This document shows positions 29,043 to 38,609 of a stretch of 64,000 nucleotides of DNA, piece after piece. Each line of letters opens with the position of its first letter. Within the stretch, counting starts at the first letter, position 1. The notes below the pieces were generated by a model. The model had not been told where the DNA came from. It saw only the letters and a list, made by a program, of their open reading frames with translations, and searched no databases. The stretch is from a virus (Duplodnaviria > Caudoviricetes), in the IMG/VR virus record IMGVR_UViG_2885358051_000002, positions 26,284 through 90,283 of that record. One strand, given 5' to 3'. Position numbers and translations under genes: made by a program.

Positions 29043-30177
29043 GCTCCTTGCGAAATGCAGCTATCTCATCATCAGACAACTTATGATCCGTATAAACGTA
29101 GATGATGTGAGCAGATTTATCTGCCTCGTTTGTCTGAAGAAACTTGATGACACTATCCGGTTTAAGGAAATAAGATTCGTCCACCTCTTCATCCAGTACA
29201 TCAGCAATACATTTCAACAACTTGAAAGATTTTGGGAAACGATAAACAGGAAGACCGAGGTCACGACGGACGGACAACATGAAAACTCGCTCACGGTTTT
29301 GCGGAACTCCATAGTCCTTAGCGTTGAGTATAGCCCAATAGTTATCATATCCACAATCACTGCACACCTGCTGCCAGGCACGGAAATCATCAATGTTCAC
29401 CTCATTAACCAATGCACGCACATTCTCTTGAAGCAAGAACTTCGGGTGCAAAGCACGGATGGCTTCCTCTGTGTACCACAAAATAGAAGAACGAGTACCA
29501 GAGCCTTTCTTAAGGCCTGCACGCTTGCCAGCCTGACTGATACTCTGACAAGGTGTAGAATAAGTGAGCATGTCAATGTCATCCTCTCCCTGTTCCTTGA
29601 GATGCTTACAGAAAGAATGCCAATCAATCTTCGTCATATCGCCGAGATTGCGGTCTTTCCATTGCGGGAAGAGCAAATTATGCGCTACCACAGCCGGCTG
29701 CCGTTCGAGAGGGACATTCGCTTTTTCCGGGTCAAATTCAGACCATGCCATCAACTCATAAGAAACGGTGTGCCCACCCTGGTTCGCGGCATCCACTAAC
29801 TGCTGCATAGCAATAGCTTGCGAGTCATAACCGGAACAAAGCGTGACAAGCCTTATTTTGGATGGCAACGGAGCACGGAATGTAGGGTCAGGAAACAAAT
29901 TATAGGCATCATCGGGGTCATCCTCCGTCAGCCAAATGTTGCGAAAGATATAGTAAAGGCAAGAGACCACAATACTGTTTCCTGCCAACTTGTATATAGA
30001 CGAGCGGGAAAGAGAAGAATCCTCACACATAGTAATGATGTCAGGCTCTGGTACATCCATCAGACGCAGGCACTCACGTTCAGTAAGTTTGCGAATGTCA
30101 AAATACCGGACAGGATGAGATGGGTCACGCTTTCCCTGTAAGTCAGGATGATTATCCGGGTATATTTTTGCAATCAT
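29029..30177 (-). CDS. Circularly permuted C5-cytosine DNA methyltransferase core (motif order IX-X-I...VIII) lacking a TRD
   Basis: RKLTERECLRLMD (IX), IYKLAGNSIVV (X), LCSGYDSQ (I), STPCQSISQAG (IV), QENV (VI), PQNRERVF (VIII). Confidence 0.9.
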   Translation of the reverse strand: MIAKIYPDNHPDLQGKRDPSHPVRYFDIRKLTERECLRLMDVPEPDIITMCEDSSLSRSSIYKLAGNSIVVSCLYYIFRNIWLTEDDPDDAYNLFPDPTFRAPLPSKIRLVTLCSGYDSQAIAMQQLVDAANQGGHTVSYELMAWSEFDPEKANVPLERQPAVVAHNLLFPQWKDRNLGDMTKIDWHSFCKHLKEQGEDDIDMLTYSTPCQSISQAGKRAGLKKGSGTRSSILWYTEEAIRALHPKFLLQENVRALVNEVNIDDFRAWQQVCSDCGYDNYWAILNAKDYGVPQNRERVFMLSVRRDLGLPVYRFPKSFKLLKCIADVLDEEVDESYFLKPDSVIKFLQTNEADKSAHIIYVYTDHKLSDDEIAAFRKEHGLC

Positions 30178-30211
30178 TTTTTTATTCTTTTATATCAAAA
30201 ATCTATTCAAA

Positions 30212-30398
30212 TTATAACTCATATTCATAAAGGACAACAGTCATAGGATAATGAGCCATTGAAATGATATTGCCACTTCCTATGGCTTCATAACGGGTTG
30301 TAAGCGTAGCCGAACAACCATCCGCTGTGGTATTGCAAGGTGTGATTTTACCCCCCGAAGAAGCGTGTAGTTCCTATATAAGTAATACTAAAAATCAT
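30212..30398 (-). CDS. Mini-module M2; G6 tract (30351-30356) gives GGG GGG TAA, -1 restores the ORF
   Basis: MIFSITYIGTTRFFG|GKITPCNTTADGCSATLTTRYEAIGSGNIISMAHYPMTVVLYEYEL; 187 bp. Confidence 0.6.
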
Positions 30399-30565
30399 AT
30401 TCAATCATAACTGCGGTTGCAAAAAAACCATTTCCTTTTGCAAACAAAAAGTTATAGACTCCCATTTTATAGTAATTCGCTTTAATGGTACGTACATTTT
30501 TCCCCCCCCCCATCTGCATTAAGGACAAATAATCTCTTAATGTTACGGTATCTTGCCCAAATCAT
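30388..30565 (-). CDS. Mini-module M1; G10 tract (30502-30511) needs -1
   Basis: MIWARYRNIKRLFVLNADGGG|KNVRTIKANYYKMG...ATAVMIEYDF; 178 bp. Confidence 0.62.
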
Positions 30566-30816
30566 TGAGGTGTTATTTCTTCGATGGTCACAGTATATCC
30601 TTCACCCTCTTCCGTCCGCCATTCTTTGCACCGAGGCAAATCTATCAACGTGTCGCCACATTGCTCATTGAATGTTCCCCTGCAATCAGCAAGTTCTTTT
30701 TCAAAAGCCCTCATTACATCATCCAGAGAGATGAAAAGATTATGTCTATCCGAAACATTTTCATGTGTTTCAAGGAGTGTCGCAAGAAGATAAAATTTCT
30801 GTTTCATTGTATTCAA
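30562..30816 (-). CDS. Hypothetical protein embedded in the module array
   Basis: 84 aa acidic ORF, coupled to the flanking modules. Confidence 0.65.
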   Translation of the reverse strand: MNTMKQKFYLLATLLETHENVSDRHNLFISLDDVMRAFEKELADCRGTFNEQCGDTLIDLPRCKEWRTEEGEGYTVTIEEITPQ

Positions 30817-30939
30817 TTAAAATTTTCGGTTTATCCATGTCATGTCCTTTACCCCCCCAGCCAAGCATAGTGCGATGCCGATGGGAGAAACTACGATGCC
30901 GTTCTGCGAAGGAGAATAGTAACCAAGAATTACCGGCAT
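30770..30939 (-). CDS. Mini-module M0b; G7 tract (30852-30858) needs +1
   Basis: MPVILGYYSPSQNGIVVSPIGIALCLAGG|GKGHDMDKPKILIEYNE; both halves read as MTase variable-region-like sequence; 170 bp. Confidence 0.65.
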
Positions 30940-30941
30940 GT

Positions 30942-31298
30942 TCACAGGCGATTGGACTGGCTTGCGGACCATACGAGGTTTTTATAATGATTATTGGAGC
31001 GATTACCATCCTTGTGCAGCACATGCGGGAGATTATCATCGTTGCGGACAAAAGACATGGCCACCAAACGGTGAACCTTAAAGTTCTTTCCCTGAATGCG
31101 AACGCGCCGATACCCCTTTCCATTGAAAGAGGCAATAGGACGAAAGTCCTGAAAAAACCTTGCAGCATCCATGTCGTAATAGCACAACGGCGAAGAACAG
31201 CCTGCACTGACCGTTCGGGAGGAATAAACCTCCCCACTGTCAGAAATGAAATAAGAGGTCCGGCCAACCTCATAGAATTTTCTCACTCTACAATTCAT
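30942..31298 (-). CDS. HNH (NUMOD4/HNH_3-type) endonuclease
   Basis: GKGYRRV...KVHRLVAMSFV...VLHKDGNRSNNHYKNLVW. Confidence 0.88.
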   Translation of the reverse strand: MNCRVRKFYEVGRTSYFISDSGEVYSSRTVSAGCSSPLCYYDMDAARFFQDFRPIASFNGKGYRRVRIQGKNFKVHRLVAMSFVRNDDNLPHVLHKDGNRSNNHYKNLVWSASQSNRL

Positions 31299-31471
31299 GT
31301 TCTATCAATATGTATGGTGTAGTATTATACATGTCCGTATTCTTGTCCTTGCATATACCCCCCCCCGGAGAATGAGGTAATGGTGTTGCATATATGTTTG
31401 AAGTGATAACGCAACACCGTCCCCCGTTTTTCTCCGGAGCGAGTCCACCCTATGAAATGACAGTCATTCAT
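31288..31471 (-). CDS. Mini-module M0; G9 tract (31358-31366) needs -1
   Basis: MNDCHFIGWTRSGEKRG...ICNTITSFSGG|GICKDKNTDMYNTTPYILIEHEL; 184 bp. Confidence 0.62.
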
Positions 31472-32603
31472 CAATGCGCATGGGCATTATCAATTCTATC
31501 AGTGAAGAATTGGTAGCATCCTCACGAACAGTCACTGCACGTTCAGGAGCAGACAATTCGAGACGAACATTATCCGTAGAGACGACAGAAAGAACCGTCA
31601 GGAAGTGACTCGAACGAAGACCAATAGCAAATCCGTCAGGAAGCGTACAATCATCAGAAGACAGGTCTTCGCGGGCCTTGCGTGAAAAGTCCACATCCTC
31701 GGCACAGAGAGAAACAGCACCATCCTGTTTGCGTATAGACACAATCTGTGTGGCAGAATTAGACATAAGGGACACGCGCTTGAGTGCATTTACAAGGTCA
31801 CGCACCGGCATGACAAGATGGTAAGGCGACTGTGCAGGAATGACCGAGTTGTAGTTCGGATATTTTCCCACTACATCCGTCACATAAAGTGTGGTGTCAT
31901 CAGCCGAAATGATCAGTTTCTTACCATCATGCCGCAAAGACACCATTTCCACATTTGCGAAGGCGGCATCAATCGCAGGAACAGCCTTTTTATATAATAG
32001 GATAAGACACGGTTTACCATTTGTAACAAACGGAATCCCATTCGTATAAACATACTTATAAAGCATGTGCCCGGATGTGGCAACAAAAGTAACCCCCTCG
32101 TTTGACACATCAAGCGCCACGGCACTCAGTTGTGGGCGCAAATCATCATCGGCTGTACAGGCAGATGCGGCCTTGACCGAAGGCAGAAAGACCGACAGAG
32201 GCAAAGAAAACTCAACCGTGGTGTTCTCCTGCTCAACTGGCAGAGGAAAGTCTGCACCATTAAAAGCCGGAACAGAGAAGTCACCACCCTTGTAACGAAA
32301 CGAAGCAAGAAAAGAGGTGTCATCTATTATCATTTCTACAGGCTGCTCCGGAAGCGTAGCCAAAATGGGTGAAACCATTGCCACTGGGAGGCAGAAAGGG
32401 CGAAAAACACCATTGTCCATGCGACGCAAGTCTATCGGCATTGTCAGTGTATTTTCGGATGACGAACCCGTAATGAAAAACTTATCATCCTTGAAAGACA
32501 CCAGCGCATTGTCAAGCAAAGGGAGCGTGTTTCGCTTGAGGATGACCTTAGAAACCGTGCTCAGCGCACGTAAAAGTTCTTTGGAAGAAACAGAAAATTT
32601 CAT
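31464..32603 (-). CDS. dnaN: DNA polymerase III beta sliding clamp homolog
   Basis: MKFSVSSKELL, DDDLRPQLSAV, VATSGHML, GKYPNYNSVIP, C-terminal LIMPM; 379 aa. Confidence 0.93.
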   Translation of the reverse strand: MKFSVSSKELLRALSTVSKVILKRNTLPLLDNALVSFKDDKFFITGSSSENTLTMPIDLRRMDNGVFRPFCLPVAMVSPILATLPEQPVEMIIDDTSFLASFRYKGGDFSVPAFNGADFPLPVEQENTTVEFSLPLSVFLPSVKAASACTADDDLRPQLSAVALDVSNEGVTFVATSGHMLYKYVYTNGIPFVTNGKPCLILLYKKAVPAIDAAFANVEMVSLRHDGKKLIISADDTTLYVTDVVGKYPNYNSVIPAQSPYHLVMPVRDLVNALKRVSLMSNSATQIVSIRKQDGAVSLCAEDVDFSRKAREDLSSDDCTLPDGFAIGLRSSHFLTVLSVVSTDNVRLELSAPERAVTVREDATNSSLIELIMPMRIDE

Positions 32604-32628
32604 ATTTAACAGTTTTTATGTCTTATAC

Positions 32629-33231
32629 TTAGAATGGCAAATCTTCATCAGCCGGTGCCCACTGTCCGCTGTTGTCATCAATCGGGACTGCAGAAGAATA
32701 TCCCGTCACACCTTGTGCAACAGGTGCCGAAACATTCATGTGCGTATTCGCTTGGGTCTGTTCCTCGATAAGATAAGAGTCACCCATCTGGAACGGCATC
32801 ATCGTGGATATAGCCCGGGCGAGATCAGTGCCACTCGTGTCCGTCTGTTCTGCCCATTCCGGATGTTCTGCCTTGATACGCTTCTCCAAAGCCGCACGAA
32901 TCTTCGTGCGTTTCTCTTCCGGAAGCATGTAGCACACCTGATAGGCAGGAACATTATAAAGCGTCACCTGCTCACCCTTCCGCATCAATCCCTGCTTGAC
33001 CGCCTCGATGTAACGATTAGAGCATGAGCGTTGCTGCGTGTTGATAAAAGCACGGAAGCCAGAAGCATTGCGTTTTGTCTCATCACGATTGTCCGCACGC
33101 ACATCGATGCCATTGATGGCTGCGGGGATGAAGATTCCAGGAACAGGAGCCTGCCCCTCCCCACGCGGAAGATTTATAAACTGCGCCCCGATGAATATGC
33201 CGAGGTCTTGAGAATTTCTGTAACGTGCCAT
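32629..33231 (-). CDS. Probable single-stranded DNA-binding protein
   Basis: 200 aa in the replication module; flexible acidic tail ending DEDLPF. Confidence 0.55.
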   Translation of the reverse strand: MARYRNSQDLGIFIGAQFINLPRGEGQAPVPGIFIPAAINGIDVRADNRDETKRNASGFRAFINTQQRSCSNRYIEAVKQGLMRKGEQVTLYNVPAYQVCYMLPEEKRTKIRAALEKRIKAEHPEWAEQTDTSGTDLARAISTMMPFQMGDSYLIEEQTQANTHMNVSAPVAQGVTGYSSAVPIDDNSGQWAPADEDLPF

Positions 33232-33249
33232 AATTGCTTTATTTTTATA

Positions 33250-36200
33250 TTAAAACGGTAAATCTTCTTGTGACGGATCAACCGGGTTTCCCGGAGCTGG
33301 ATTCCCGGAAACAGGAGATGCGGGTGCCGAAATCAGCGCCCGTTTTCGCTGCCGTGAATCAAGGTAGTTGCGCCAGCGTTCCTGCTCCTCCAAAGATAGA
33401 GAGACCACGTTTCCCTCATCATCCACGATTGGTGTCGGGTCTGGCAGGGAGAGAAAATGCGTATAGACCTTCATCAGTTCATCGTTATTCTCAGGTATGC
33501 TATCCTTGCCCTGTCGATAGAAATACACTGCGTGCTCCGTGCGTTGCAGTTCGCGTATCTGCTTGGGATGAATGGTGGTATCATCCTCCCACTCACGTCC
33601 CACAAAGTAGCGTCGCGTACACCAGGCCTGGTGTGCAAAATAATTTGTCTCGACCGCTTTCTTGAGCGTCTTTCCATCCGCACGCTTGAAAAGTTGCGGA
33701 GGATTCATCAGGATGCCAGCCGTCTCGCAATAATCGAGCACGCGCCGTTTGAACGCCTTTGGAGAAAAGCTGTCCGTCTTATTTTTAGAGGCTTCTGCAA
33801 AATCAGACTTATATTCCTCAAGCATAGAGTCAAGGTCAATGGGGATGCCATAAACCTCCCGCTCGAAGAAGACACGCGCAAAGCGGAGGAAAGCCTCGCC
33901 GAGCGACTGAGTAAGTGTTCGTTGCTCCATATATTTTTTCTGTGCATCCACCTTCTCATCGTAGCGCATAACAAACTGTACCGAAAGCGCACAAATCATG
34001 GCTATCTGGTTACGTGAAGATGCGGACAACTTATCGGGCGAGACCGCATTAAAATCCGGCATAATGTCAGAAATATAACGGGCCGCCTTATTCTTCATAA
34101 TGTTCTGCCCGCAGAAACGATGAGAGAAGCCACCAAGACAGACACGACGCATGGTAGAGTCGTCAAGGTCGTGAAGCGGATAATTAGATGTGACCACATG
34201 ACCTGGACCTTCAGACAGCGGTATTGTGATGCGATCCTTGTACATATATCTCACGGAAAAATCACCTGTCGTGAGATTATATAATTTTCCGAAGTCAAGA
34301 GTTTGATCTACGTCCTCCCAATGCACGATACGATGCTTATGGTGCTGGTATTCGGCAAGGTTAGACGAAAACTCCTTATTGGAAATCAGGTCGCGACCAT
34401 TTACGTTCAAAATATGCGCCGCACAACCCGCGAAGATGCGCACGAAAGTAGATTTTCCAGAGCCACCCTCAGCGCGGTTGGCAGCAGTCACCACATTCTC
34501 TATCAGATAAGAAATGCAATTAGACTTAGAATCACGATAGCGCCACAACATACGGCCGAGACAGAAGACAAGATTGGCAAAGCGGCAATCCAGTTCCATC
34601 TGCTCCTCAGAAGAGAACTCACGACCATCATGCAGCAGTTCCTGCTCATGTTCCCATTCCTCATTGGCAAAGCCACGCAACACACGAAGCGTAGGCCACA
34701 ATTCAGCCTCCTTCTTTCCTTTCCAATCCACTATCCAACGATGAGACTGTGCCCATAGAGCAAGTTCATTTTCTTCCTGCGCCAGTTGTTGAAGCGTATA
34801 AAGCGGTTTGCCAAGATCGTCTTTCTGCGTGCGTTTCCGCTGAATATCGTCCTTACGCTTGCGGTAAGCAGGATTTTCTGAAATATCAAAAGGAAGGTTA
34901 CGGATAGGTGTCATGTTCCAGTGAAGCAATGCCGCACGATCCACATTGAAGTCGATGCTGTCATAAGTGCACATGGATATTTCTTTCTCCGTGATGCGCA
35001 ATGCCCCATTATCGTAGAAAAAGTGCTCCACATGTCGTCCATAACCATCTGTATAGTTCAGTTTTACAGCAGGAAGAGAAGCTATCGTCTTCTCGTTAAT
35101 CTCCTTATTCGCCCGGAGAACAGCCTGCACCATCTTCTCGTATTCGTCCGGGGTGGAACGTTCATCGTTCACCTGGCGAGCATACTCCTTGAGCTTCTCA
35201 ATCGTAGCCTGCACCATAGATGCAGCATCCAGTTCGTCGGCAAAAGGACCATCGATGTGGATATATCGTCCAATCTTATCCGGCTCATCAGTCCGCACAT
35301 CACGAGCATAACCCGCAGAAGCCATAAACTCCCATAAAGTAGCAGGATTGATGGTATAGAAAACCTCCTTAACAATGCCATTCCTGTCACGCTTCTCCTT
35401 GCGCTCGAACGGGTCAGAGCAAAGGGCCGAAGTGATGCAGGCAGAGAAAAGGCGGTTGATGTCATAATCGTACTGAGAACCCTCACGTGGCAACATACGA
35501 TAAGAAAGAAAAAAGTCGCGAACGGAAGACACCGGATTACAGTAGAGCCGAGGAAAAAACAAGTGCGCCCGGTCGGAGACTGTCCCAGGTAGTTCCGCCC
35601 GCATTATAGAGCGGTATCGGCAGCTTATGTCACGCGCATGGAGACGCTGCTTGTTAGACGATGGAAACAACGTATAAAGATTATCCGCAAAACGGTACAT
35701 TTTGTTGTAATGAACCGAAGAAAACGGCACATCTCCATAGGGGAAACAAACATGAAACCATCGAGATCCAAATTGTGAGGGATAAGTATGACGGAGCGCC
35801 TTCAAATGATAGTATGTGGCAATAGCATCAGGAGCAGTAGCACAGAAGATGATGTTACGCGCCTTGATGTCCTTCTCCTTGATTTTCTCTTCCTTTTGCT
35901 CAGCCTTGAGTGTCCCACGTTCATTCACATCCTCCATCCATATTGTACGAGAATGCTCATATACCTCAGACGCGTCCGTCTCCTGTATGGCATCAAATAC
36001 ACCTGTATTGTCCGATGTGCGCAATTCAACAGCCCGTTTGAACATCTTGTCACCAGCCAGCCAGCGAGAAACCTTAGAAGAAGAATGCTCGTCCGTATTA
36101 GAGAACACCATGGGAGTAAGGTGGTCGTTAGCCGGAAAAAAAACACATCCGCAGTCCTCGCGTTCGTCATCAGCCAGGCAGATAAAGATAGGCGACCACG

Positions 36201-36885
36201 GAGTAGAAACAAGCACCTCAGACCGAGGCGTGCCCTGACGAGACACCTGCGGCAACGTTACTTTCAGCACGGCATAGACATGGAAATCCTGTTGAATCAT
36301 AGATGGATGAAAATGCCATGAAGACTGTTTATTTGGAGACTCGAAGCCATAATGCTCAATGCCATTGTGGTCGAGCCATGTGGTACATCCGAGTGCCGCG
36401 AGGTCCTGTGGGGTGAAGTCCGTCTTAGGCTCAAAAGAAAGCACCGACTGCGGGCGCTGAGCCATAATACGGTAGTCACGCTGGAGAAGTTCAGGCCACT
36501 TCTCAGTTATCTCCTCCATGGTATGCCCGGCCCGGATTGCCAGTTCGAGACAGGCGCGACGCAAATCCTCCCCCACGCAGATGAACGTAGAAGGAGAAAC
36601 ATCATCCCTTTTCCACCAATAACCATAGCCATTGATAGCTGCAAACAGTTCTATTGCCCCGAATCCGGCACGAGAAGACCTGGTACACCGCCAATACTCC
36701 ACCGGCCTGCCATATAGTCCTCCCCTCCGCTGCTTGTAGATGATAAAATGCGGCGTGCCGTTCTGCATCTTACAGAACGGACACCAACAAGCCACCTGTC
36801 CCTCCTCCGTCTGTTGGTCTGAAGGATTGACAAGCAACGTAAGCGGGAGAGCCGCCAGTTCATCTATAAGAGGGTCGTAAATCAT
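33250..36885 (-). CDS. Large primase/helicase-type replication protein (N-terminal Zn finger, C-terminal P-loop NTPase)
   Basis: CWCPFCK...HF Zn-binding motif; EGGSGKSTF Walker A; WED and VTSN motifs; ends EDLPF. Confidence 0.78.
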   Translation of the reverse strand: MIYDPLIDELAALPLTLLVNPSDQQTEEGQVACWCPFCKMQNGTPHFIIYKQRRGGLYGRPVEYWRCTRSSRAGFGAIELFAAINGYGYWWKRDDVSPSTFICVGEDLRRACLELAIRAGHTMEEITEKWPELLQRDYRIMAQRPQSVLSFEPKTDFTPQDLAALGCTTWLDHNGIEHYGFESPNKQSSWHFHPSMIQQDFHVYAVLKVTLPQVSRQGTPRSEVLVSTPWSPIFICLADDEREDCGCVFFPANDHLTPMVFSNTDEHSSSKVSRWLAGDKMFKRAVELRTSDNTGVFDAIQETDASEVYEHSRTIWMEDVNERGTLKAEQKEEKIKEKDIKARNIIFCATAPDAIATYYHLKALRHTYPSQFGSRWFHVCFPYGDVPFSSVHYNKMYRFADNLYTLFPSSNKQRLHARDISCRYRSIMRAELPGTVSDRAHLFFPRLYCNPVSSVRDFFLSYRMLPREGSQYDYDINRLFSACITSALCSDPFERKEKRDRNGIVKEVFYTINPATLWEFMASAGYARDVRTDEPDKIGRYIHIDGPFADELDAASMVQATIEKLKEYARQVNDERSTPDEYEKMVQAVLRANKEINEKTIASLPAVKLNYTDGYGRHVEHFFYDNGALRITEKEISMCTYDSIDFNVDRAALLHWNMTPIRNLPFDISENPAYRKRKDDIQRKRTQKDDLGKPLYTLQQLAQEENELALWAQSHRWIVDWKGKKEAELWPTLRVLRGFANEEWEHEQELLHDGREFSSEEQMELDCRFANLVFCLGRMLWRYRDSKSNCISYLIENVVTAANRAEGGSGKSTFVRIFAGCAAHILNVNGRDLISNKEFSSNLAEYQHHKHRIVHWEDVDQTLDFGKLYNLTTGDFSVRYMYKDRITIPLSEGPGHVVTSNYPLHDLDDSTMRRVCLGGFSHRFCGQNIMKNKAARYISDIMPDFNAVSPDKLSASSRNQIAMICALSVQFVMRYDEKVDAQKKYMEQRTLTQSLGEAFLRFARVFFEREVYGIPIDLDSMLEEYKSDFAEASKNKTDSFSPKAFKRRVLDYCETAGILMNPPQLFKRADGKTLKKAVETNYFAHQAWCTRRYFVGREWEDDTTIHPKQIRELQRTEHAVYFYRQGKDSIPENNDELMKVYTHFLSLPDPTPIVDDEGNVVSLSLEEQERWRNYLDSRQRKRALISAPASPVSGNPAPGNPVDPSQEDLPF

Positions 36886-36895
36886 TTCATAAGGA

Positions 36896-37543
36896 CTAAC
36901 TTATATAAGACAAGCAAGTGTTTACGTTCCACGATGTACGCAAGGCATCGTAAAACGCATTATGCGGTTGTCCGTCAGCAACAGCCTCTTGTGGCAAAGG
37001 TGGAAGACACTCATACAACTTCTCTGTATCAGCCGGAACAGAAGCATACCCGTTATTTATAGCCACCAGTTCAAGAATAAAAGAACGAGCATCGCGGAAA
37101 TCCTGATGAGAGACAGGTAAAGGTATGTCATATTTGTTGCACACATGACGCAAGATGGCGATGTCGAAGTCAGCACCCTGTGCCCAAAGTGAAACCGTTT
37201 CGGCCTTTGTCAGTCCCTTGATGTCGGCAATCCATACGCAAAACTCACGGAACACCTCGTCGATAGGGTAACAATCACCATCCGCCAAGTTGTCACGCAA
37301 TTCCTTTTGTTGCCCAGACCACCACTGTATCGTATTCCTGTCAAAGTCAAATCCATCCATCACGCAAGAACGAAGATCCACCTTTGACTCAAACGTAGGC
37401 AACTCGTCTGGAAACAAATCCGTGAGAGTCTTGGAACCACGCACCCAAGGCAATGCAGCAATCTGTATGACCGCAGCATGGGGATCGAGAGAACACGTTT
37501 CGAGGTCAAATGTTATATCTATGTGTGTCAATTTCATTGTCAT
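36896..37543 (-). CDS. DEDDh 3'-5' exonuclease (Rv2179c-like)
   Basis: FDLETCS, WAQGADFD, HNAFYDA. Confidence 0.87.
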   Translation of the reverse strand: MTMKLTHIDITFDLETCSLDPHAAVIQIAALPWVRGSKTLTDLFPDELPTFESKVDLRSCVMDGFDFDRNTIQWWSGQQKELRDNLADGDCYPIDEVFREFCVWIADIKGLTKAETVSLWAQGADFDIAILRHVCNKYDIPLPVSHQDFRDARSFILELVAINNGYASVPADTEKLYECLPPLPQEAVADGQPHNAFYDALRTSWNVNTCLSYIS

Positions 37544-37929
37544 TATATATTTAGGAATTTATTTATAGTGAACCAAGTCACCGTGCAAGGATGCAGCCTA
37601 TGCAGTGTGGCCTCAATCAGCAGCGTCATATCCTTAAGAGAGCAAAAATGATAGTTAGGCCGAATCATAGACACCGCTATGCGCCAGAAGCCTTTACCAT
37701 TCCTACGTATGCAGTCATGTTCTATAAGTACCTCTGCTCCAGCAGCAATCCCATAACCGCGACCCACCAAAAAGCGGAATGTGTCAATAACAAGTTGCTT
37801 GTATGCCCCACGAAAGACAAAGACCAACTCATCATCGTTATCCCCACGGTAGTCTATGGTGGCCGCAATGGAAAGGCAAATGCGACGGTCTTTCGGTGGA
37901 CGGCCTCTATGATACAGCTTTCTTTTCAT
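37543..37929 (-). CDS. Hypothetical protein
   Basis: Coupled ORF in operon. Confidence 0.6.
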   Translation of the reverse strand: MKRKLYHRGRPPKDRRICLSIAATIDYRGDNDDELVFVFRGAYKQLVIDTFRFLVGRGYGIAAGAEVLIEHDCIRRNGKGFWRIAVSMIRPNYHFCSLKDMTLLIEATLHRLHPCTVTWFTINKFLNI

Positions 37930-38417
37930 GCGTTCTCAATTTGCCCCCCCCGGTCAATACACGAGACTTCTCGCTCAAACTCCTCCATAATGGCATAGAT
38001 ACCTACACGCTCAAAGTCCTCCCAATCATCCATCGAAAAGCGTTTAAGCGACGTAGTTATACTCATGCCCAATTCAGAGATATAGGCATGGAAAATCTTT
38101 TTCAATCCATAAGAGCGACCGAGCAGCCGGTAAAACTCCCCATTGACCGCATCAATTCCAGCTATCACCTTCTCAATATCCTCCGGCTCATGCTCCGGAA
38201 AAAGCTCTTTCACGTGAGTGCGGATAAAGTCATGTTTGATTGCCGTAATGCCCATCAGTTCCCACCGGAAAAAACCCTTCTCGAAAAATCGGTCATAGGA
38301 AAAACCCTGTTTAGCCCCATGACGTGCCATGACTTCCCACAGAAAGACCTTCTGATTAGGAGTCAGATCATCGCAGTTCAGATGTGTACGTGGTTGTGAT
38401 AATTTGTCTGCTATCAT
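37926..38417 (-). CDS. Hypothetical protein, first gene of the leftward operon (possible Cro-like regulator)
   Basis: Divergent from the HTH repressor gene. Confidence 0.65.
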   Translation of the reverse strand: MIADKLSQPRTHLNCDDLTPNQKVFLWEVMARHGAKQGFSYDRFFEKGFFRWELMGITAIKHDFIRTHVKELFPEHEPEDIEKVIAGIDAVNGEFYRLLGRSYGLKKIFHAYISELGMSITTSLKRFSMDDWEDFERVGIYAIMEEFEREVSCIDRGGQIENA

Positions 38418-38451
38418 ATTGTAATCTGAGCGAGTTTTCGTAATTTTGCGG

Positions 38452-38498
38452 CAAAGATAAGTATTTTATTTTGTAAAACAAAGGTTTTAATCGGATTT
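38452..38498 (-). promoter_or_regulatory. Leftward promoter (TTTG-19-TATCTTTG) with adjacent conserved operator-like motif
   Basis: -7 box at 38452-38459, -33 box at 38479-38482, GGTTTTAATCGGATTT at 38483-38498. Confidence 0.7.
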
Positions 38499-38609
38499 TC
38501 TATCAAAATTAACATCAAATCTTTGTTTTAGTCGGAAATAAACTTATTCTTAATAGAAATAACAAGGCAGAAATATAATGGTTCAAATCAATCCACGCAA
38601 CACGAATCA

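Noticed and set aside
30770-31273. 167 aa minus-strand ORF as one gene
   Set aside because: It overlaps the HNH gene in another frame; only its last ~28 codons are the post-tract half of module M0b
27849-31322. Plus-strand ORFs over the MTase array (e.g. 28897-29799, 30765-31322)
   Set aside because: They are antisense shadows of motif-bearing minus-strand genes and have no recognisable motifs
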